Virus record (IMG/VR): IMGVR_UViG_3300042888_001941
Coordinates: 72,435-136,434 of that record
Source of the DNA: a virus
Length of the DNA: 64,000 bases
Strand: one strand, 5' to 3'
This document shows, piece by piece, positions 1 through 17,090 of this stretch (positions within the stretch are counted from its first letter, which is position 1; each line of letters starts with the position of its first letter). The position numbers and the translations under genes were made by a program. The notes beneath the pieces are model-generated. The model searched no databases and was not told the origin of the DNA. It saw only the letters and a list, made by a program, of their open reading frames with translations.

Positions 1-40
1 CTTCAATAAGTCGTGCGGCTGTTCCTTGTGCTGCTGCCAT
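1..40 (-). CDS. 5' end of a gene running off the window (MAAAQGTAARLIE...), possibly an endolysin
   Basis: ATG at 40 preceded by an AGAGGAG RBS just after the nuclease stop. Only 13 codons are visible, so the product is a guess. Confidence 0.35.
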   Translation of the reverse strand, partial: MAAAQGTAARLIE

Positions 41-57
41 TTTTTGTTCTCCTCTAG

Positions 58-720
58 TTACTTCATTACGATTACTGATAATTTTACCTTAGGGCACTTG
101 GCGTTGATGTCCTTAAGTACCTTCAGTTCTTTTTCGTCAACGGTCAACGACCAGCGGACCTTTACCTGCACCCACTGCTTAACATATTCGCAGTGATAGC
201 TTGCAAGTGGCGGTAGCCATTCACCTGGGTCCTGGTCTGACTTCGAACGGTTCGAGCCTGCGGTGACAGCGATGAGCGAGATTGTGTCTCCCATATCGTT
301 TGCGTATACCTCACGCTTTGCCGCGTCCCACTTGTTTGCCCCTGAGTCCCATGCCTCGGCAAGAGGCACGAAATGATCTACGTCAAGAGCAGAAAAATTA
401 GTAACGTTTACTCCGTCATAAGGAGAAAACCACTTACCTGTGTCTTTTACAATCTTGCATCCTGCGTCAACCTTTGGCTTTTCTAGCGCCTCTTGAAGAA
501 TAACGTCATTGCGTGTGTTGCAACCGTTCTTGTCGAGATCTGACCAGTGCTTGAAGTTACTACGTGAGTAGTTAGCGCGTACGTCTGGCGCTACCTTAAG
601 GACCTTAATTGCTGCATCTACTGATGCAAATTTTTTAGGCGCGTCTGCTGCTTGAGCATATGTCATTGTAGACATAAGTGCTAAAGCAGTCAGCGCGATT
701 GCTGACTTGCTAATTTTCAT
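58..720 (-). CDS. Secreted DUF1524/HNH-family nuclease
   Basis: Probable start MKISKS at 720. Sec-type signal peptide (basic N-terminus, hydrophobic core, AQA-A). Motifs GCNTRNDVIL, DVDHFVPLAEAWDSGA, ANDMG..LIAV...NRSKSDQDP.EWLP, WVQVKVRW.L. Confidence 0.85.
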   Translation of the reverse strand: MKISKSAIALTALALMSTMTYAQAADAPKKFASVDAAIKVLKVAPDVRANYSRSNFKHWSDLDKNGCNTRNDVILQEALEKPKVDAGCKIVKDTGKWFSPYDGVNVTNFSALDVDHFVPLAEAWDSGANKWDAAKREVYANDMGDTISLIAVTAGSNRSKSDQDPGEWLPPLASYHCEYVKQWVQVKVRWSLTVDEKELKVLKDINAKCPKVKLSVIVMK

Positions 721-727
721 TGTTTTC

Positions 728-3361
728 CTATCGCGCGAATCGAGAAGCAACGTTCCAGTCAACTTCTCCTGACTGAACCGCACGCGGGATCAAAGAGCGA
801 CCATGTATATCAGCTCTTGAACCAAGACCGACGGTCTCAAAACCGCGCTCAGCAATTTTACGCTGGAATGCAATTTGCGTCATCGGACGTTCGCCACGCT
901 CTTCTGACCAAGCGCGATAAATAGAGTACAGATGCTTGACGGGAATTGTTCCGCCTTCCATCTCTTTTGTCTCCTCATTGATGAAAATACCAAAGCGGTC
1001 TTCGTTCTTACGATACATATCCGCGGCTTCCGCAACTGCAGAGCACCAACCCAGCCCATCGCGAGCGCTAGATCCAAGCAGTTTAATTGCGCCCTCAACT
1101 GCCCAAGATAGAACAGCAGGGAGTCCACCTTCAGGGTCAAAGATATATGACTTTAACTCTGGGTCTGGACTTTCAGGAACCTTGTTAAGTGGGATTGGTC
1201 GAATACGACGCCACATTGCATCATCATTGATGATTGGACGGTGGTTTGTAGTAACCCAAAGCTTAGCTCGTGACTGGAATGTAAATGGTTTTTCACCAGG
1301 TGAACGTGCAGAGATTTCAGAAGAGCCTGTAAGCTTCTTAACTGAGTTTTCCTTCATGCGCTCGTTGTCTGGTAATTCGTCAACCCACACCATACGGCGT
1401 CCGCGTAACTCCGCCCAGTGATAAAGATCTGAGCCGTGCGCTTGCCCGTCGCCCTGAGCAAGGATAGAAGAGTCAAGAGGCCACGCGTATTGCTGAGTAC
1501 CCATGCACTTAACAAGAGCTTCAACGAGAGTATTCTTACCAGACCCAGGAGGTCCATATACTAAGAACATTACGTCATACGTGCGTAAACCTGTAAGTGA
1601 GTAACCAGCTGCTTTTTGGATCCACTCTTGTAGTTCTTTATCTCCGCCAGTTGCAAAGTCTAGGAATTGCTCCCACTTAACATTGCGAATTCCTGGAGTG
1701 TAAGCAACAGGTGCGCGGCGAGTAATGTGCAAATCAGGACGGCCTTTAAGAAGCTCTCCAGTGCGCAAGTCAATGACACCATTGAGAACACCCATAAGAG
1801 TCTCATCTGAATCCCATGTGTCAACTGCGACAAGTACTCGTGGATCTGATGTTGCAGATTCAATTGATCCTGCGATGCGGCTGTTAGATTTTGCCTGAAG
1901 AGCCCAACGCATAACATCTGCTTGCTTATCAGCATCCTCGTAGTTAACTACCTCTGACGCAATAATCGGAGCAAGGCGCTTTGAAAGTTCTTGCATTTCA
2001 AGATTTTCTACATCTGGCTTCCAGTATCCGCCATCCCAGTGAAACCAACCAAGACCTGGCGTGTAACGAACCGCAGGACCAAACGAGTCAATAAGACGAC
2101 GGCCATTACCAGTATCTGTAAGTGTACGCTTACCCGGTTCTCCACCGTCCGCCTCAGATAAAGCATCAGCATCTTTTGGAACGTTAATATTCGTAGCGCT
2201 CATTGCAGACGATGCAGAGTCACCGTCGTTGATTGACTGCTCTACCGCACCGCCAATAGTTCCAGGTAAACGATATGAATCGCTACTGTGGTCATAATCT
2301 TTTGATGACTGAGCTTCATCCTTCTTACGAATAGATTTAGCAATAGTATTTTCGTTTGTCTCCTGTTGAGACTTTTGTGCCCATTCATTAAGTCCTGGCC
2401 ACATGCGCTCTGTTTTTGGGTTGTCAATAACAAATTGAATAGCGCGGCGGACGTGCATTAAGAGTCCGCCTTGACCTTCAAGCTCTAGAGGAGGGCGCAC
2501 CTTCTCGGCGTTAAAGCGAATCATCATTGTTTCAACAGCTAGGCGGCCAGCCTCAGTGTTGATAGGAAACTTGTTTGCTAACGCGCATGTCATTGAGTAG
2601 ATATCAACAGCGCGGGATCCTTCTTCAATTCCTTCTTCGAGTAAGCGCTCTACGTCAATGCGCTCTCCACCAAAGTCTAGATCTTCAAGAAACGTCCAAT
2701 CGCCTTCGCCTAATCCTGTAGCAGATTTGCGGCCCTTCTTGCGTAGAGCCTGTAGAAGCTCTTCTGGCGCTTGTGCAATTTCAACTTCCCAAGGAGCTTT
2801 TCCTGGTGCCCACTCGTAACAAACTCCAGAGAAGTGACGTGACGGAGTGATAAGAACATATCCGTTGTGCTTAATATCAACGCCCGGAAGATTTGCCTTT
2901 TTAAGATTTCCAACAAGCGCTTCGTTTTCATCGCACTTATAAAACAAGTGACGGCCACGTAGAACTTTTCCACCAGCAACTGTGTATTCACCAGTGATTG
3001 CTTCTACGGTTGGAGGTAAGAATCCTTCAACTAATGCTTCAAACTTCTCAAAAGAATCAGGACCACCTGAGCGTGGGTCAATATCAATTACAAAGAATCC
3101 ACTGGCTTTGCACATTACGCCAATGTTCATTTGTGCGTCTTTATTCCACCACTGATTTATTGTCTCTGCATCTGTAGTAGCGTACTTGTTCCACTCTGGC
3201 AGCGATGGATGCTTGCCAACATCTTTTGGCTCGACGTGCGCACCACCGCATGTGCACCGCCCACCAACGATTCCATAACACGGAAGTATTGACCAGCCAT
3301 TGCTTGCATACCAGCTTGCCGCAGGACCTAGTCGGCCTTCTGCTGATTCCCACACACTCAT
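728..3361 (-). CDS. Bifunctional primase-polymerase fused to D5-like SF3 helicase
   Basis: N-terminal prim-pol motifs (GKHP, NIG...VIDID, GRHLFY, GYVLITPS). D5_N TDTGNGRR. Walker A GPPGSGKN, Walker B WVDE, motif C TTNHRP. Confidence 0.92.
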   Translation of the reverse strand: MSVWESAEGRLGPAASWYASNGWSILPCYGIVGGRCTCGGAHVEPKDVGKHPSLPEWNKYATTDAETINQWWNKDAQMNIGVMCKASGFFVIDIDPRSGGPDSFEKFEALVEGFLPPTVEAITGEYTVAGGKVLRGRHLFYKCDENEALVGNLKKANLPGVDIKHNGYVLITPSRHFSGVCYEWAPGKAPWEVEIAQAPEELLQALRKKGRKSATGLGEGDWTFLEDLDFGGERIDVERLLEEGIEEGSRAVDIYSMTCALANKFPINTEAGRLAVETMMIRFNAEKVRPPLELEGQGGLLMHVRRAIQFVIDNPKTERMWPGLNEWAQKSQQETNENTIAKSIRKKDEAQSSKDYDHSSDSYRLPGTIGGAVEQSINDGDSASSAMSATNINVPKDADALSEADGGEPGKRTLTDTGNGRRLIDSFGPAVRYTPGLGWFHWDGGYWKPDVENLEMQELSKRLAPIIASEVVNYEDADKQADVMRWALQAKSNSRIAGSIESATSDPRVLVAVDTWDSDETLMGVLNGVIDLRTGELLKGRPDLHITRRAPVAYTPGIRNVKWEQFLDFATGGDKELQEWIQKAAGYSLTGLRTYDVMFLVYGPPGSGKNTLVEALVKCMGTQQYAWPLDSSILAQGDGQAHGSDLYHWAELRGRRMVWVDELPDNERMKENSVKKLTGSSEISARSPGEKPFTFQSRAKLWVTTNHRPIINDDAMWRRIRPIPLNKVPESPDPELKSYIFDPEGGLPAVLSWAVEGAIKLLGSSARDGLGWCSAVAEAADMYRKNEDRFGIFINEETKEMEGGTIPVKHLYSIYRAWSEERGERPMTQIAFQRKIAERGFETVGLGSRADIHGRSLIPRAVQSGEVDWNVASRFAR

Positions 3362-3590
3362 TGGACGTCACCTTCTCGCATCTTTACGTCGTTAGCTCCA
3401 ATCAAAACATTTATAAATACTACAACTTTTAGAGAAGTAACATCATATCATTCTTTTAGGAATCTTGGTATACGGCGACTATAAAGGGTACGTGCCATAG
3501 ATGTAAACAACCAAACCATAGTCGTTTATTAGCCACTAAATATACAATTAGCCCACGCTAGCTCTACCCTTCTTGAAAGGCAATTAACCA

Positions 3591-3974
3591 ATGCAAGGTG
3601 TTTTTATGCAGCTAGGAATGATTGCCGCGGGTATCGCAAGCATAACGGCGGTCTTTGGTTTTGCTTATGCAATGTATAAAATTGCAAAGCGTATCGAAGC
3701 TGCCATCGGCGTCGACGAAGAAGGAAGAACCATCTCTGAGCGTATGGGGAAGGTTGAGTACCAGCTCTGGGAAAACGGCGGATCTTCAATGAAGGACCAG
3801 ATGAACGAAACCGCAGAGCTAGCAAAGAAGACAGCTGTCGAAGTTGGGTTCATAAAGCAGGTAATGCTTCACCTCGTAGAGCTCCCAGACTTATCCTACG
3901 TGAAGGAAAGCGCTCAAGAAGAAAAAGCAGTAGCAAAGCGCGGCAGTAAAAAAGCAAAAAATCCAGCGCAGTAG
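3591..3974 (+). CDS. Small membrane protein (one N-terminal TM helix plus coiled region)
   Basis: Hydrophobic stretch MIAAGIASITAVFGFAYAMY, an ENGGSSMKD motif and a basic tail. GAAAGG RBS upstream. Confidence 0.65.
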   Translation: MQGVFMQLGMIAAGIASITAVFGFAYAMYKIAKRIEAAIGVDEEGRTISERMGKVEYQLWENGGSSMKDQMNETAELAKKTAVEVGFIKQVMLHLVELPDLSYVKESAQEEKAVAKRGSKKAKNPAQ

Positions 3975-4111
3975 AAGCAGTTTTAATCTTGTGCCTAAGT
4001 GTTAATGGCGCAGTAAAGTAGCGCTAACCTTGCCAACAAGGTTGTAATAAAAGATTCTAAAACTCATGCCTAAAGTGTGTACTACTCTGGAAATTCAGGT
4101 TATAGTTTTCC

Positions 4112-4426
4112 TTGTTAACAACTAGTTGCGGGGAGACGGAATTGTCACTAGTCAAAAGACTGGATGAGGCTGCGAGTAAAAGCCGCCCAGGTTTAGCATG
4201 TAGGTTAGGCTCAATCCTTCGTGGCAGTGATATGTCTGACGAAGAAAAGACATATCTACAAAAGGTTTTAGAGACTCCAGCTGATGACCCAGCACGCATT
4301 CCAACAACTGCTATTACTCAAGCTCTTCATCAAGAAGGCTATCAAATCGGAGTTGCCGCAGTAAATCGTCACCGCAGGCGCGAATGTCGCTGCTACGGAA
4401 TGAGTCCAAAGTATCTGGAGGACTAG
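4112..4426 (+). CDS. Small Cys/His protein coupled to the phosphoesterase (probable start TTG 4142)
   Basis: GGGAGA RBS before TTG at 4142. One N-terminal Cys and a C-terminal HRRRECRC. Ends 4 nt before the next gene. Confidence 0.65.
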   Translation: MLTTSCGETELSLVKRLDEAASKSRPGLACRLGSILRGSDMSDEEKTYLQKVLETPADDPARIPTTAITQALHQEGYQIGVAAVNRHRRRECRCYGMSPKYLED

Positions 4427-4430
4427 CCGC

Positions 4431-5648
4431 GTGGCATTCTCCGAAAATCTTGATAAACTGCTTTCAGCTCCAACATCTTCCTTTGCTCGTCGAATACGTC
4501 CCACGTACCCTACAGGATGGGAACCAGGCGTCCTTAGAGACAAAGACGGTGAGATTACCGTCACAACTAATTTAGTCCCTAAGATTGACGATGAAGACTC
4601 CTGGAAGGCGGCTGTAGAGAGCTTAGGCGTATCAGTCCCAGAAGGTTGGGTTATTCGTTTATACGAAGCTCGATACGACCCAGCCGCATGGCACCGCGAT
4701 GAAGAAGGCGGTGAGGCGGTAACTCGCCCAGCGTGGCGCTACAGATTCAAGGTCGAGCCAGCATCAGCATCTGCGATTAACTTTGACGATTTATTAGATT
4801 TAGTATCAAAGCATAAAGCGCACAAAACTTCAAACGAAAATATTGGAACAAAGCAGTGGATCCTAGCAACAGGTGACTGGCAGCTTGGAAAGATAGATGG
4901 CGACGGAGTAGAGGGCACCGTAAAGCGTATCCTAGAGTCTACCGACCGCTCAATTGAACGCATTAAAGAATTAAAACGTCTAAAGAAGTGGCCAGGAAGC
5001 GCAGTACTTATACTTACAGGCGACTGCGTTGAAGGTTTCGTATCTCAAGGTGGCGGAAATACATGGCGCACCAATCTTACGATGACAGAGCAAGTTCGCC
5101 TATATCGCCGTCTAGTCTTTGAGATAGTTACACGCCTTGCGGCTGAAACTGACAACTTAATGGTAGTTGCAGTTCCAGGTAACCACGGCGAGACTGTTCG
5201 CCTTATGGGTAAAATGGCAACTCGCATGGACGACTCATGGGACATCGACGCGGTTATTGCCGTGGCGGAAACTCTTGAGCAAAATAAGGCAGCCTATGGC
5301 CACGTCCGCTTTGTCACACCCGCAAAGGATGAAGGGACAATAGTTCTTGACCTAGGTGGAACTATCACCGCGATTGCTCATGGACATCAAGTCAAGGGCG
5401 GAAATGTTCCCAAGTGGGTAGCAGAGCACGCTAAGAATATGGCACCTGTTGGAGACGCTCACCTCATAGTGACTGGTCACCATCATCATTTGCACATTCA
5501 AGCTATGGGACCTCGCACCTGGATTCAAGTTCCAGCAATGGAATCAGAGTCAACGTGGTGGCGTGAAAAGACTGGAGAGGTATCTCCTCCAGGAATGGTC
5601 AGCGTTCTCGTAGGTGATAAGATATGGTCAGAGCTAGCGGTATTGTAG
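4431..5648 (+). CDS. Calcineurin-like metallophosphoesterase
   Basis: Motifs GDWQLGK, GDCVEG, GNHGE, AHGH, GHHHH. Confidence 0.85.
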   Translation: MAFSENLDKLLSAPTSSFARRIRPTYPTGWEPGVLRDKDGEITVTTNLVPKIDDEDSWKAAVESLGVSVPEGWVIRLYEARYDPAAWHRDEEGGEAVTRPAWRYRFKVEPASASAINFDDLLDLVSKHKAHKTSNENIGTKQWILATGDWQLGKIDGDGVEGTVKRILESTDRSIERIKELKRLKKWPGSAVLILTGDCVEGFVSQGGGNTWRTNLTMTEQVRLYRRLVFEIVTRLAAETDNLMVVAVPGNHGETVRLMGKMATRMDDSWDIDAVIAVAETLEQNKAAYGHVRFVTPAKDEGTIVLDLGGTITAIAHGHQVKGGNVPKWVAEHAKNMAPVGDAHLIVTGHHHHLHIQAMGPRTWIQVPAMESESTWWREKTGEVSPPGMVSVLVGDKIWSELAVL

Positions 5649-5664
5649 GAAAACGCGCTCTATT
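5648..5664 (+). promoter_or_regulatory. Degenerate copy of the GGAAAACGCG-N-TATAAT promoter-like motif
   Basis: GGAAAACGCGCTCTATT upstream of the first fibre gene, resembling the motifs at 17091 and 21219. Confidence 0.4.
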
Positions 5665-5758
5665 TCATTAACGTACATTCAACAAAGGCATAAAATGTAA
5701 CTAGTATTCGCCTGCTTGCTTGCTACCGCTTTATAGAAGTAGACGCGTAGCGTAGTAA

Positions 5759-8950
<3,192 letters not shown>

Positions 8951-9040
8951 TTTAAGCGCAGTTTATACCTCTATCACCTTCTTCTGGTTAATATAGAATA
9001 GCGCTTGGGAATCTCTCCCACTCGAGTGAAATGAGACTAC

Positions 9041-11209
<2,169 letters not shown>

Positions 11210-11224
11210 ACCCCTTCTTAACGG

Positions 11225-11264
11225 GAAACGCCCGCCTTCTTCGGAAGAGCGGGCGTTTTCTTTT
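11225..11264 (+). terminator. Rho-independent terminator
   Basis: AAACGCCCGC-CTTC-TTCG-GAAG-A-GCGGGCGTTT stem with a UUCG loop, followed by a T-rich tract. Confidence 0.85.
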
Positions 11265-11326
11265 AAGATAAAAAGCTGGATTTATAGTATAGTATCCCCT
11301 AGTGTCGCGCTAGATGAGAGAGACCC

Positions 11327-12772
<1,446 letters not shown>

Positions 12773-12808
12773 AATAAAATACATAACAAAGGAAAGGCGT
12801 AGTAACTA

Positions 12809-13126
12809 ATGGCTACAACTTCAAAGGTTCTTTTTCGTGGAGCGGCGACAACTAACACCGCGACTACGTTGTACACTGTCCCTACGACAAGCACAACAAC
12901 GGTCGTCACTAGCATCATTGTGACAAACACCGCAGCGTCCGGCGCAACATACACACTTGCGATTGACGGCGTTGCTATTGCAACAACCGTTTCTATCGCC
13001 GCAAATGATACTGTCATCATGGATCTTAAGCAGGTCATTCCTGCAAACGCAACACCAAAGATTGTCACCGGTGGAGCATCTGCAACAACAGTCAACTTCC
13101 ACATTTCAGGAGTTGAAATAGTCTAA
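12809..13126 (+). CDS. Small beta-rich virion adaptor-like protein
   Basis: LYTVP..TTTVV.SI.V.N...IAANDT motif; paralogue of 17495..17824. Confidence 0.75.
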   Translation: MATTSKVLFRGAATTNTATTLYTVPTTSTTTVVTSIIVTNTAASGATYTLAIDGVAIATTVSIAANDTVIMDLKQVIPANATPKIVTGGASATTVNFHISGVEIV

Positions 13127-14001
13127 TGTCCATTCAACGTCTCTCGAACTCGGGACAGAGTGGATTTCGCTATAAGTCTCTTATAGCTGGGATCACGCCT
13201 GTTGCGTCGGTGCCTACGGTTGGCACTGCCACCGCACTCACCTTCAGCACCGCGTCTGTTACGTTCACAGCGCCTGGTGCCTACGCTGGAGCGACGTACA
13301 CCGCAACATCAAGCCCAGGCGGCCTCACTGGGACAAGCGCGTCTTCACCTATTACCGTTTCAGGACTTTCAGAAAACACCGCGTATACCTTTACTGTCAC
13401 CGCGACGAACGCTACTGGAACTTCAGGAGCAAGCGCTGCATCAAACTCAATTACTACACCTTCTGCATTTACACCTGAGAGTGGATACGACTCGTTGGCT
13501 ACTGTAACGTTGTCTTCGTCAGCGTCATCAGTTACTTTTTCTGGTATTCCTAGTGGGTATAAACATCTTCAAATTCGTGGAATTATCAAAGACGTTACAA
13601 CTGGGGCAGCGGATTACGATGCGCTAAGAATTCAATACAATGGCGATACAGCCACAAACTATTCTTGGCATTATCTTAAAGGCGAAGGCGTAGGTTCTGG
13701 CGGAGTTGGACAAGCATCTAGTTCATCTTACTTATGGAGCGGCACAGTAATACGTTCTGGAACTGGTCAGACTTCTGCATTTTCTACTTCAGTAATTGAT
13801 ATTTTGGATTATGCAAATACATCAAAATACAAAACTCAACGTTGGCTAAATGGTACAGAATTCAATGCTCTTTACCCTTGGGTAGGGCTTGGATCTGGAT
13901 TGTGGCAATCAACCTCCGCAATTACTTCTATTAAAATGTATATGGATACAGGTGTTAATTTTGCTGAGTATTCACAATTTGCACTTTACGGGGTGAAATA
14001 A
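13126..14001 (+). CDS. Cassette 1 gene A: FN3 domain plus conserved beta domain
   Basis: FN3 signature ITVSGL...TAYTFTVTATNA.G. C-terminal SVTFSGIP..YKHLQIR...GLWQSTSAITSI...FALYGVK domain. Confidence 0.8.
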   Translation: MSIQRLSNSGQSGFRYKSLIAGITPVASVPTVGTATALTFSTASVTFTAPGAYAGATYTATSSPGGLTGTSASSPITVSGLSENTAYTFTVTATNATGTSGASAASNSITTPSAFTPESGYDSLATVTLSSSASSVTFSGIPSGYKHLQIRGIIKDVTTGAADYDALRIQYNGDTATNYSWHYLKGEGVGSGGVGQASSSSYLWSGTVIRSGTGQTSAFSTSVIDILDYANTSKYKTQRWLNGTEFNALYPWVGLGSGLWQSTSAITSIKMYMDTGVNFAEYSQFALYGVK

Positions 14002-14002
14002 T

Positions 14003-15355
14003 ATGCCAACAAATACACATGTCGCACTTGATAAAGTAACAGTAGGAAGCGCTACTAACACAATTACTTTTACTTCAATTCCACAGGGATATACAGACCT
14101 TGTAATGGTTGGTAGTGTTATACCTAGTGGAAGTGGATTGTCTCCACAAAGCCGAATAAATTCTGATAGTGGAAATAACTATTCAAGAACGGTTTTGGCT
14201 GGCAATGGTTCATCTGCTAGCAGCTCACGTGGAAGCAATAATTCTAGTTTTTATTGGTATGAAAATAACAGTCCTGCAACTGGTTCACCAACTCCATACA
14301 TTATTCAATTTATGAATTATTCAAACACTTCAACATATAAAACAATTTTAGGTAGATATGGTGGAGCAGGAGTTGAAACAGTAACAAATGTAAACTTATA
14401 TCGTTCTACTTCTGCAATCACTTCTTTTACTTTTTTTACAAGCGCATCAACTTTTGACGTCGGCTCCACCTTCTCGTTGTATGGCATCAAAGCACAGGTA
14501 ACCCCTGGTACTGCTAAAGCAACTGGCGGAACTATTACCTACGACAACTTTGGTAGAGTCATACATACATTTACTTCAACAGGAACATTTACGCCTAGTG
14601 AAGCATTAACTAATGTTGAATATCTTGTTATTGCAGGTGGAGGCGGTGGTGGTTACTCAGGCGCAGGAGGTGGAGGCGCTGGTGGATACCTAACTTCAGC
14701 AAGTGGTGAAATATCAGGTGGTGGACAACCTACTCAAAGTCCTTTGTCGTTATCTGCGGCTGCATATACAGTACAAGTAGGTGCTGGCGGTGCAGGTGCA
14801 AATGGTTCAAATTCAGCCGCTCGCGGTAGTGCTGGAGTCAATTCATTTATATCAGGTACAGGCATTACTACAATTACAGCCACAGGTGGCGGTGGTGGCG
14901 GCTCTCGCAATGGTGATGAACTTAGCGGCGGTGCAGGAGGTTCAAGCGGTGGTGGTACGCGAAGTGGAGGTGCGGCAGGAACTCCTACTTCATCACCAAT
15001 CCAAGGTTATTCAGGTCAAGGCGGTTTAAGCACTCCACCAGGCGGCGGCGGTGGCGGCGCGGGCGAACTTGGTGGTACAGATGGTCAAGGCGATGGCGGT
15101 GATGGACTTACATCATCTATTAGCGGTTCAGCCGTAGTCAGAGGTGGTGGCGGCGGTGGTGGTGGTGGCGATGGTAGCCGCGTAACTGCTGGAGGAACTG
15201 GCGGTGGAGGTGCCGGTGGTTACAGCACAACTTCCGCTTCGGTTGCTGGAACTGCTAATACAGGTGGAGGCGGCGGTGGTGGCTCCAATGAAACTATTTA
15301 CGTAAATGGCGCATCTGGCGGTTCAGGTATTGTCATCATTAGGTATCAAGGTTAA
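14003..15355 (+). CDS. Cassette 1 gene B: beta domain plus glycine-rich domain
   Basis: ITFTSIPQGYTDL...FSLYGIK, then KATGG..IHTFTSTGTF, YLVIAGGGGG...GGSGIVIIRY. Confidence 0.8.
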   Translation: MPTNTHVALDKVTVGSATNTITFTSIPQGYTDLVMVGSVIPSGSGLSPQSRINSDSGNNYSRTVLAGNGSSASSSRGSNNSSFYWYENNSPATGSPTPYIIQFMNYSNTSTYKTILGRYGGAGVETVTNVNLYRSTSAITSFTFFTSASTFDVGSTFSLYGIKAQVTPGTAKATGGTITYDNFGRVIHTFTSTGTFTPSEALTNVEYLVIAGGGGGGYSGAGGGGAGGYLTSASGEISGGGQPTQSPLSLSAAAYTVQVGAGGAGANGSNSAARGSAGVNSFISGTGITTITATGGGGGGSRNGDELSGGAGGSSGGGTRSGGAAGTPTSSPIQGYSGQGGLSTPPGGGGGGAGELGGTDGQGDGGDGLTSSISGSAVVRGGGGGGGGGDGSRVTAGGTGGGGAGGYSTTSASVAGTANTGGGGGGGSNETIYVNGASGGSGIVIIRYQG

Positions 15356-15364
15356 GGAGATCTA

Positions 15365-16690
15365 ATGCCATCCAATTACGTACTTCTTCAACGCATTGAG
15401 TTAAACGCCTCTGCAGCAAGCGTTACATTTTCTAGCATCCCACAAACTGGCTATACCGATTTGAAGGTGGTTTGGTCAGGAAGATTGAGCGATGCTTCTA
15501 CTGCAACTTACTGTAAACTTACATTCAACGGAAGCGCAGCAAACTTTACTGCAAAAAGATTAGCGGGAAGTGGTAGTGCTACGACAAGCGGTGATTTACC
15601 TCAATGGTCAGGTACTGCTCCTGGTACAAATGCTACTTCTAATACATTTTCTAATGTAGAATTTTATATTCCAAACTATACAAGTTCCAATTATAAATCT
15701 TATAGTCTTGACACTGTTACAGAAAATAATGCAACAGAGGCATACGCTGAATTAGGCGCTGGTTTATGGTCTGATACTGCTGCTATCACATCTATTACAT
15801 TGACAGGAAATGCTGGTTCTTTTCTACAATACAGCACCTTCTCGCTATACGGCCTAGCAGACGTAAATACCACGCCTGCTATCGCGCCTAAGGCTAGCGG
15901 TGGAAGCATTACCACAGACGGTACCTATTGGATTCATACGTTTAATTCAACAGGAACATTTACTCCTGCAGTGGCTCTTACTTGTGACTATCTTGTAGTT
16001 GCAGGTGGCGGTGGTGGTGGTGGTTCTGCTGCTGGTGGCGGTGGTGCTGGAGGATTGCGCTCAACAGTTACCGCAACAGGCGGCGGTGGATCTTTAGAAT
16101 CTGCTTTGACTTTAACCGCTAGCACTAATTACACAGTTACAGTTGGTGCTGGTGGTGCTGTAGCTGCTGCGGTTAGCACAAAAGGAACATCTGGTGCTAA
16201 TTCTATATTTTCAACTATAACCGCAACTGGCGGCGGCGGTGGCGGTGCTTTTACTGCGGTGGATGGTCTTACAGGTGGTTCTGGCGGCGGCGGTGGATTT
16301 GCTACTGGTGTTGGTGGTACTGGAACAACCAATCAAGGTTTTGCTGGACAGGCTTTTGTCAGCGGCGATAGTTCAAGTAACTTTATAGCTGGTGCAGGTG
16401 GCGGTGCTGGTGCTACTGGTTCTGGTGGTACAGGTGGTAATGGAGTTGCAACTTCAATAACAGGTTCTTCAGTAACCTACGCCGGCGGTGGCGGCGGTGG
16501 AGTGGGCTTCGATGTAACTGCTAAATTAGGCGGTTCAGGCGGTGGTGGCACAGGTTCTAGGAGAAACACATCTGCTGGAACATCTGGAACAGCAAACACA
16601 GGCGGCGGTGGCGGCGCGGCAGACCTCGCTAGTGTTGGCGGTGGCAACGGCGGTTCAGGCATAGTAATTATCAGATACACGATTGCATAA
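15365..16690 (+). CDS. Cassette 1 gene C: beta domain plus glycine-rich domain
   Basis: Same architecture as gene B. Carries the C-type signature NTFSN.E.YIPNY.S..K..S.D...EN. Confidence 0.8.
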   Translation: MPSNYVLLQRIELNASAASVTFSSIPQTGYTDLKVVWSGRLSDASTATYCKLTFNGSAANFTAKRLAGSGSATTSGDLPQWSGTAPGTNATSNTFSNVEFYIPNYTSSNYKSYSLDTVTENNATEAYAELGAGLWSDTAAITSITLTGNAGSFLQYSTFSLYGLADVNTTPAIAPKASGGSITTDGTYWIHTFNSTGTFTPAVALTCDYLVVAGGGGGGGSAAGGGGAGGLRSTVTATGGGGSLESALTLTASTNYTVTVGAGGAVAAAVSTKGTSGANSIFSTITATGGGGGGAFTAVDGLTGGSGGGGGFATGVGGTGTTNQGFAGQAFVSGDSSSNFIAGAGGGAGATGSGGTGGNGVATSITGSSVTYAGGGGGGVGFDVTAKLGGSGGGGTGSRRNTSAGTSGTANTGGGGGAADLASVGGGNGGSGIVIIRYTIA

Positions 16691-16702
16691 AGGAGCACAA
16701 CA

Positions 16703-17071
16703 ATGGCACACTACGCTTTCCTAGACGATAACAATATCGTCACCGAGGTTATCGTTGGCAAGAACGAAGGCGAAGACGGTATTGACTGGGAGCAGCACTA
16801 CGGTGACTTCCGCGGTCAGGTGTGTAAGCGCACCTCCTACAACACACAGGGCGGAGTCCACAACAATGGCGGAACTCCATACCGTAAAAATTACGCGGGA
16901 ATAGGGTACTCTTATGATGCATCTCGGGACGCCTTTGTTCCACCCAAGCCCTTTGCGAGCTGGTCTCTAAATGAAACCTCGTGTATCTGGGAGCCGCCTG
17001 TGGCGTACCCAACAGATGACAAGGCGTACTCATGGAATGAGTCAACAACTTCTTGGGAAGAAATAGCGTAG
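16703..17071 (+). CDS. Conserved phage protein that follows Gly-rich fibre genes (possible fibre chaperone)
   Basis: MAHYAFLD.NNIVTEVIVG...TSYNT...RKNYAGIGY.YD..RDAF.PPKP; strong AAGGAG RBS. Confidence 0.7.
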   Translation: MAHYAFLDDNNIVTEVIVGKNEGEDGIDWEQHYGDFRGQVCKRTSYNTQGGVHNNGGTPYRKNYAGIGYSYDASRDAFVPPKPFASWSLNETSCIWEPPVAYPTDDKAYSWNESTTSWEEIA

Positions 17072-17090
17072 AAATCTCAATCATTATGGC

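Noticed and set aside
3975-4141. Possible tRNA or ncRNA in the intergenic gap
   Set aside because: Only a short AACCTTG/CAAGGTT hairpin is present, with no cloverleaf or T-loop consensus.
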